Positions 43,048 through 50,382 of a stretch of 50,382 nucleotides of DNA are shown here, piece by piece; within the stretch, counting starts at the first letter, position 1, and each line of letters starts with the position of its first letter. The notes under the pieces are model-generated. The model saw only the letters and a list, made by a program, of their open reading frames with translations. It was not told where the DNA came from and did no database searches. The translations under genes and the position numbers were made by a program. Source of the DNA: Asterionella formosa (Eukaryota); contig NKIB01013850.1 in assembly GCA_002256025.1 (NCBI GenBank), forward strand, positions 1 through 50,382. The letters run 5' to 3'.

Positions 43048-44956
43048 TACAGCAGCTAGGGGCATCAAAACCTCTAGAGAGAGAAACTTCTTAGATATCT
43101 TGCAATTTAACATGAGGACTTATACAATTAATTATTCATTAACAGAGTAAGGATTACCTAGCTTTGACAGAAGACCAAGACTTATATATCATTTTAGTGG
43201 GTTTTTGACCAGGCAGCCTATAAGTTAAACAACCTGCTGAGACCAGGTTAGAGTTTCTGTATCAATCAAATTCACAAGATTACTAGAATCTTTTCTAGAA
43301 TCATTCCTTTTAAACAATATAGGCAGAGCTAAATAACCCCCAGAATAGAACAGTAAAACTAGAAAATAATCAATAAGCTAACTTCTTTTAATCACCCTGT
43401 ACTTGAACTACAAGTAGGCTAACTAGTTTAGCATAATGCTGAAACATGGAAAGTCCAATTGAGCTGTTAAAACTGGTCCATTGAGTTTTAAATTGGTTTG
43501 ATATTTATCTTCAATTAGTTGCAATTCCATTGCTATGACAATAAAATGTTTTACATCCTTTTTTACTGTCTCTCCAATTTTATGGAGAAATGTTTCAATC
43601 AAAATAAATCATATGATTGCAATGATCAATATTGTAAAGTGAACTATGAAAAGATGGAGAAGTCAAAGAAATGGGGTCTGAAATGCTGCCAAGATTTGCT
43701 GAGAGATGAAGAAGTTGAAAATCGAAATGACAGTGATCAATCCCTCATTTTGCATCGTTTGATTGGCATCATGAAAAATAATTAATTTAGCTAAGAAAGC
43801 TCATCAGTTGGATTCTTTTTACAATGATTTTCTATTGCCCTTTTTGTAATCAAATTTTAGAAGCCCAAAAAGGTTGTTGTATGTGAAGACGCCATCCTGT
43901 TGTGTATGATGGTAGAATCAGTTTGCATACCTGCTCATGCTGAAAGCTAAGCAGGATGGAAACAGATGACACTACACACGTCTGTAAATAAATATATCAT
44001 GAAAATATGATCAAGGGTATCGTACGCTAAGTGGCACAGGATTTTCACATATATGATAGTTTTTCGATCAAAAATATGATCAATGTATCATATATTAATG
44101 ATCATGCAGTAAACTTTTACCGAGCTTGAAGTATGATGAGACTATCATAGTTATAATACCATTGCATCATATAATTAGTTAAACATGGTCATATGATGTG
44201 TATACTTTTGTCATACATCTATCTTAGCATGATCGTAATTCTCATCGATATCACTGTCTAAAATAGGATGAAATTGATTGAAATTTAGAACTATATTTAA
44301 GAATTGTTTTTTGTTTCTATATCTTGAGTGGCTACAGAATGTTCTACAATGCTCTCATCGCAATGATTGGTGCTTCAGCTTTCACTTCCACCTTCCCCCC
44401 AATCCAATTCTGAAGGTTGTTGTACTGGTTGCCTTGCCGTTGTTCCTTTGCCCGCTTGCTTTGTTTCATTTACTCCTGAGGGTTCTGAGTTTGCATTTAC
44501 GCACTATTGAATCCGTTTTGTTGTTCCAATCAGCCATACTAACAAAGAGAAGCAATTCATTGTTAGCTGTTCATGTTTTGCTTACACAACAGCATTCATT
44601 TCGCTTCTATCTTCACTTACCACAAATTGAGGAAGTAACTGATGCATATTTCTGTAGAAGAATGTGTCAGTCGAAGATTGAATGAGAAGCAAAGTATCGA
44701 TCAATAAATGGACTCCAACACTGCTGTTTGTAATTTACAAATACTGTTTGTCTACCATTATCCTGAAAGAAGCAACACATATGTGTCAGTTTTTCTAACA
44801 GTTGTAGATTGATCCAAAGATGGCTGATAGGCAGCACTTACCGATTTCTTTTGTCCACATTGATGGTTGGCCAGCCACCAAATCGAAAAGGAGCTATTGA
44901 ATCACTGAAAGGGGACGAGTCATTCCGTATTTGTAATCCCAGCAAATGATTGTCCT

Positions 44957-45290
44957 GGCATTTGCTCTTGACAAACCGTGATGCTATGCACAGCTTGTTG
45001 ATTCCGCCCTTCATCATCATATTCACTCATTCTTATCGTGCTGTATTGTCACTTCAGTTTTTCGCATCATGTGTTGCTTGAGATCCTTCATTTGAGGAAG
45101 TGGATGCAGCATGGCAAGAAACGACATGAAAGGCATTTGCTCTTGACTTACCATCAATTGATTCCGCCCTTCTCTTCTAAGCCGCAAGTATCATTGTGCT
45201 GTATTATCACTTTCGTTTTCGGCGTCATCATCTGTGTTAATCCTTCAATTCAGGAGCAAAGTGTATGCATGACAAGGAACATGAAAACAT
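44957..45290. repeat. Diverged tandem duplication, two units of about 160-175 bp
   Basis: Ordered anchors ggcatttgctcttgac, ttgattccgcccttc, gtgctgtatt.tcact, atccttca and acatgaaa occur from 44957 and again from 45132. Confidence 0.8.
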
Positions 45291-46499
45291 GATTTCAAAT
45301 GTTTCAGCCATGAATACATATATATAAAGATTTGTAAGAAGTTTAAATGTATATATAGTTGAACATTTGCATAGTTTTAAACACCCTCATGATACGGCAC
45401 ATCCTGTGTGTACTAATATCAATCTTGATTATACATAATTCAAATACATACAATGCATGATGAGTTCATAGTTTTCCACGACCTGTTGAGTTTTTTCAAT
45501 TTGTGTTGTGTCAATTCTTGTACTACCTACAAGTCAGTGGCTGATTCAATTAAGCCCCTTAATAAACGGGAGTCATCACCAATTTTTCAAATGGTCGAAA
45601 TCATGCATTTATGTATATAGACATAATGGCCAAAATTCATATGGCCTACCGGTAGTACTGTATACTTGCTGGTAATTACTTCCATCATGGAAATACCACA
45701 ATAGTGCAGCGGAAAACTGAATATGCTCATGTGTTTAGGATCATTTGATCATATTTCTAAGATCAATTTATCCTGATTCTTGAAAATAAATGTTGATCGT
45801 TCATTTTCTCATCAACCACACCGTTCATCATATAATCAATATGTTATGATCAAAGGTATAGGATAAACGAATCTAAATTCATTGATTAAAGATCATAGTT
45901 TATACCGGAGTAGTTGCTCATGCATGCAACCCCTTCCCCCCTGTATACAGTACGGAAGTGATAAACCCCAAGCTACCAAATTTTTATGTCTTGTAAGAAT
46001 TATCGCAGCATGCATGCATACATGACTCCTACTGGTATATACAATGCGGAAATGATGACCACCAGACTACCAATCCTATAGGTCCTGTAGAATTATCGCA
46101 ACATGGCTGCATATCTAATGAAAGGGTGGGAGGAGTCATCCATGCACCTGTATAGTATGAAATATGGAAATGATCAAATATAGCTAGTCTACACAAGTAG
46201 CAGTTCATCATATATGCCCTGTTTTTTTAATTCCTATGAAATCTCTTGATCTGTTCTGCGCTTTTTCGCCACAATTGTTTTCATTGGCTGTTTCACTGGA
46301 CAGCATTCGAATTGATTGTGCTTTGAACGAAGCAATGATCAAAGTCCACCCCATTGCCGAATGGTGAGTCTCACAACTAAGTATCAGCCAGTCGATTGAA
46401 ATTGGACGGTCTTTTGAGCACCCTCGTTGTTGTGTTTGTACTTGACTTGGCAGCTGTCAGCCAAGAGCAGCCAGCCATGGCATGCCACCATTTTTTGTC

Positions 46500-47180
46500 T
46501 ATACAAGTTTCGAATGTGTTCAGCTATGATAACTTTTGCTCCCCTCTCCTAAACACTATCTCACCACCCTTGTAATAGATTTTTCTTTACCCTTTGGCTT
46601 TCCACAGGCCCAGGTTACTCAATGCCTTCATCTGCAAGGAGTTCAGCCAAGCAGGGGGTCCACGTTGGCGTCAAGAAAACCTCAACCCCGATTTTCCTCA
46701 CATGCTCCACCCATTGACTTCTTCATTGATGAAGTCGAGATAGCTATATTGATATCAGGTGGCGCAGGCTTGTGTATAGCTAGATTGATGATGCCGAAAG
46801 CATTGCATCCTTTTCCCGTAGGTACCTATTTGTCAACATTGTTTGGGTCAATCTATTCTTGTTCCCGCAAGACCAGAAGCAATTATCCCTTTACTTCTCC
46901 TCCCAAGAAGCTTCATTTCTCTTTCACAATTGTCCTGATGTTTGCAGAACATTTTTAGTTCCCTTTTGATTTTTCCACTGGTCTCGATCCCTTTTGCATT
47001 CAAGTCAAGAAACAAGCAAGTCATTAAGATTTCTGGAGGTTTTGGTCAGTGGCACCATAAAGCAACAATCAACAGATCATGGCGGCTGTTCTACATTTTC
47101 TGTAGCAAGTGAAATTCAAGAAGGGACTGGGATCATTGGGGAGAAAAATTAGTAGGATTCTCTGTGTTTGCCCCGACCCG
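46500..47180 (-). mobile_element. Decayed DDE (IS630/Tc1-like) transposase, C-terminal catalytic portion
   Basis: Minus-strand fragments IFLPNDPSPF, VKG..LVLRE..IDPNN, LDFINEE, IGVEVFLTP..AELLADEGIE and TWACGK resemble the recalled family pattern KG..QVL.ERG.ID / DF..E / TPK.H.ELAGEGIEY.W...K. Frameshifts and stops throughout. Confidence 0.55.
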
Positions 47181-49201
47181 TTTGGCAGCCATTCTACCAT
47201 TGCTTCCTCTCAATCAGTACTAGTAGTATAGCTAATGAAAACCGTAATTAGATGAAATGTGACTTCCGGTTTCTATTATTTTACATTGTTGCACTACTGA
47301 AACTTGAATCCATAAATGGTCATTCAACTTGTGCTTCTTGCATTTTTGCAGTATAGACTGGCTGGTGTTCGATAGGCCAAAGTGTCTCGCTTTTCATGAA
47401 CATCTACAAGGCAGGTACTAGTGCTTTTTTCGAGGTTTGTGTCTAAGTCCAACTGCTGCCATCCATTGAAATATTCCAGATACATCAAAGAATACGCACC
47501 TGTCTTTAAAGGTAAGGAACTAGTACGATGACAAAGAATATCTGATGAGATATGAAAATTACGAAACCAGAATCACTGTGTTACTATAAATAGACAGTCT
47601 CATGCTTCTTTGTGCATATCGCCTGCTATGCTGCTATTCAATTCTAGATGTATAACGTTCTTGTTAGTTAGACAATGCTACTACAGAGAAGTAGATTGTG
47701 CTGTTCTATAATGAATGCGGTTTAGCTATGATTGAGGTTGTAACACTGATTGATGCTCTGGTGACAGACCGGCCGGAAATATTCGTCTTGTGTGATGAGC
47801 CATTTCGTTTTCATTGGATTTCTTTTCAAGCTCTTAACGGATTGCATAGTACAAAGATACTGTGCAATGTAGATGATGATTCATTGAAGACATATGATGA
47901 CTTGAACAACAAATGAAGATTTTATCACAAACACTCGTTCCTCTCGACAAGGCTGGTTTGTCGTTGCTTGTTACAAGAATCAGAGTGAGGACTGGCGAGG
48001 ATGATGAGCCAAACCACATTACTCTAACTGGTACGACATTATCCTACCAAGAAATTTAAATAAAGGAACCTAAAAGAAACAATACATATAATAATTAAAT
48101 TTTCATAGTCAAAAGGGTTACTATTTAAATTACGAGGGCATTTATCAAAATTATTAGATGATACAACGAAAAATTATGATCAGATGATCATAATCCTATG
48201 ATGCATCATGGAAATATGATGGTTTTTATTTGCAGATGCAGGGAGCTCGAAGAAAGGGCAACATAAGGTTACCTGGTGTGCAGTACGCTAATGGAGGTGG
48301 TGCAGAGTACGCATATGGTGGGAACACATCCATCTAACTGAATTGTGGTACCTGGTACCAGGTATTCTAACACAAGGTATTTGCACACCACAATTCTTCG
48401 TTTCTCTGAAGAGCGGTTCTGACTGGTGTTGTTAATTGTTGATCCTCATCCAGAGCCGTTGTTGGAACAGCACTTGATCAGGCTGGTTGCCAACAGTTAG
48501 CAACAGTAGCTCTAATGGGAGCAACAGGTACAGTACCTCCTGGTAAAGCAAGATAGCTAGAATATGTGAGCCTATTTCCCATTTTTTGGAAAGCAAGCAG
48601 AAGATGCGGTTTCAACACAATGTAGCTTCGATATACAGTATTAACTTCACCTTTCTTTTGGTTGGGAGCGAAAACCACCAAGCAAAATTGCTTCCTGATG
48701 GTTGTTTGTTTCCATCATACGTTATTGGAGTCAGTATGAGATGGTATAAATTTACGAGGTATTATGAGTTTGTGTATTATATATACCGAGTATATCATGC
48801 TGACATTTACCTTGTACATGGTACTCGTACCAGACTCTGGTTCCAAGTGTACGGTAGTATACGGGAATCATGAATACCAATCTACCGGTATGTAAAGTTG
48901 CACTCTTGGACGGGAGTTCTGCTTGACATCATCACATCATCGTACGTGCTATGTCGAACTATTTAATATAAATAAAGATAGAGTTCCGAAAGCGCGAAAT
49001 CGATACCCCTCAACGAGATTACCGGTATTTAGCTGGCTGATAACAGTACTCCAAATATTCTGTGAGTCCAAGTAGCGGTAGGTACCTACGGGCACAGCCT
49101 CCTAAATATATATGCCGGTATATGAGTTTTAACAAAAACGAAGTGTCAGCTCACAATTTCTACAAAAGCAAATCAAGTATCTATCAGGCCAAGCCAAGAC
49201 T

Positions 49202-50382
49202 ATGAGAAGAAACATGCTAGCTACCCGTCTCTTCTTCCTATCCCTCGCAGCGACTACAGTCGTCTCTCAAACTTGTCAATTGTGTCCGAACGGAAATAAA
49301 AATCCATATTTGCCCTCCGACCCGCAGCTGAACTCGGTCTGCAAACAACTCATTGTAGATGTTCAGAAACTCGGCACTGGTCCATGTAACGGCTTTCACG
49401 CGGGGCCATACCCAACCGTCTGCGGATGCGTCACCCCCTACAATTTTCCTTGCAAGGTGTGTCCCAATGGAGGTACTCCCAACCCATTCGGCCAAGATAA
49501 CATCAACACGTGTAATCAAATCAGATTAGCTAACTGCCGCCTTATCCACCACGACGGCGGCTTGCACGGCCAATTTGAAGCCCTACAAAGACAGACAAAT
49601 CAACATTACCAAAGTTTGTGGATGCCCAGGCGTTCCCAAACCATGCTCAGTCTGTCCTGACGGCAGCACGGTGGCCGCTCCTTCCAAACCGATTGGGTTG
49701 ACCAATACTTGTGGTACACAAGATGCTTATCTGAAACAGTCCATCCCCGCCAACAGTCCAGCCTGTGCCATTGTCCGTGCAAGTGGATTGGCATATACCT
49801 GTGGTTGTTCTTGGAAAGATGCAAAACCATGTTCCATTTGCAATGGAGGCGCCACTCGCACATCAAATCAAGTGACAGGACTGACTGACTACTGTAGGAA
49901 TTTTGACAACCAGGCCATTTTTCGAGCAACAAACAACTGCTTTAACAATACAAACTTGTATAACCAATGGGCTTGTGGCTGTCCCAATGCAGTTCCACCA
50001 TGCAAATTGTGTTCGGATGGTGGTACTCCAAACTATTCAAAGGTATCGAACTTTTCGAGAATTGGAGGAAACTGTGGTCTCGACCAACTTTTCTTGCAAA
50101 ATATCAACAGGTTGGATTGCAAGGCGATTCAAGGTACAGTAGGCAAGGTCTGTGGATGCACCAACTCCAATCTTCCTGGAACATGCAAGCTTTGCACCAA
50201 CAGGGACCTTCCCAACCCCAACAAAATGGTCCCCTCCTTTGGACACTCATGTGGTTTCATTGAATACTTTGCTACCGCCCAAAGTAATGCCGGTTCCAAG
50301 TCTTGCACATTTTACCGAGGTGAATATGTCGATACTTGCTGCAATGGTGGACCTGACCCCTACCCTCCAAGACTCCTTCATG
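49202..50382 (+). pseudogene. Second copy of the six-module Cys-rich secreted gene, frameshifted by +4 nt near 49532 (runs off the window end)
   Basis: Nearly identical to 41930-43040. agatttgctgccgcc has become agattagctaactgccgcc, giving a stop at 49658-49660; the original frame stays open downstream to the window end. Confidence 0.85.

Noticed and set aside
42569..43150. 193-aa alternate-frame ORF overlapping the Cys-rich gene
   Set aside because: The same frame is closed by a stop at 50140-50142 in the paralogue and has no protein-like features.
46536..46958. 140-aa plus-strand ORF
   Set aside because: It lies antisense to the transposase relic and has no motifs.
1..50382. tRNA, rRNA or snoRNA genes
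   Set aside because: No cloverleaf, rRNA-like or box-motif structure was recognised by eye; a tRNAscan-SE/Infernal run would be needed to exclude them.

Overview
Gene-dense eukaryotic nuclear DNA, most likely from a diatom: short GT-AG introns of 85-145 nt, bipartite signal + ASAF-type plastid presequences, diatom-style LRR, kinase and CGC-repeat families, and five scaffold gaps. Bases 1-38.6 kb are mostly housekeeping genes: SRP receptor alpha, a type-I membrane protein, a WW protein, a plastid WCKSC thioredoxin, an LRR protein, an RluA pseudouridine synthase fused to a Janus/PHPT1-like domain, MnmA/TRMU, a 2-TM protein, PPIL2, mitochondrial-type PEPC, a Rid deaminase, a 5-exon bestrophin-like channel that the ORF track fragments, SHQ1, an FSH1 hydrolase-RWD-OBG GTPase triple fusion and a TKL-like kinase. 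Bases 38.6-50.4 kb are accessory: decayed DDE transposase pieces and two near-identical copies of a secreted six-module Cys-rich gene, the second frameshifted. The best candidates for undescribed biology are the two multi-domain fusions, the apparently gene-converted Cys-rich pair, a telomere-repeat-containing inverted-repeat element in the bestrophin/SHQ1 divergent promoter, and intergenic GGTACC/TACCGGTA palindrome arrays. All assignments come from reading motifs by eye; no searches were run.
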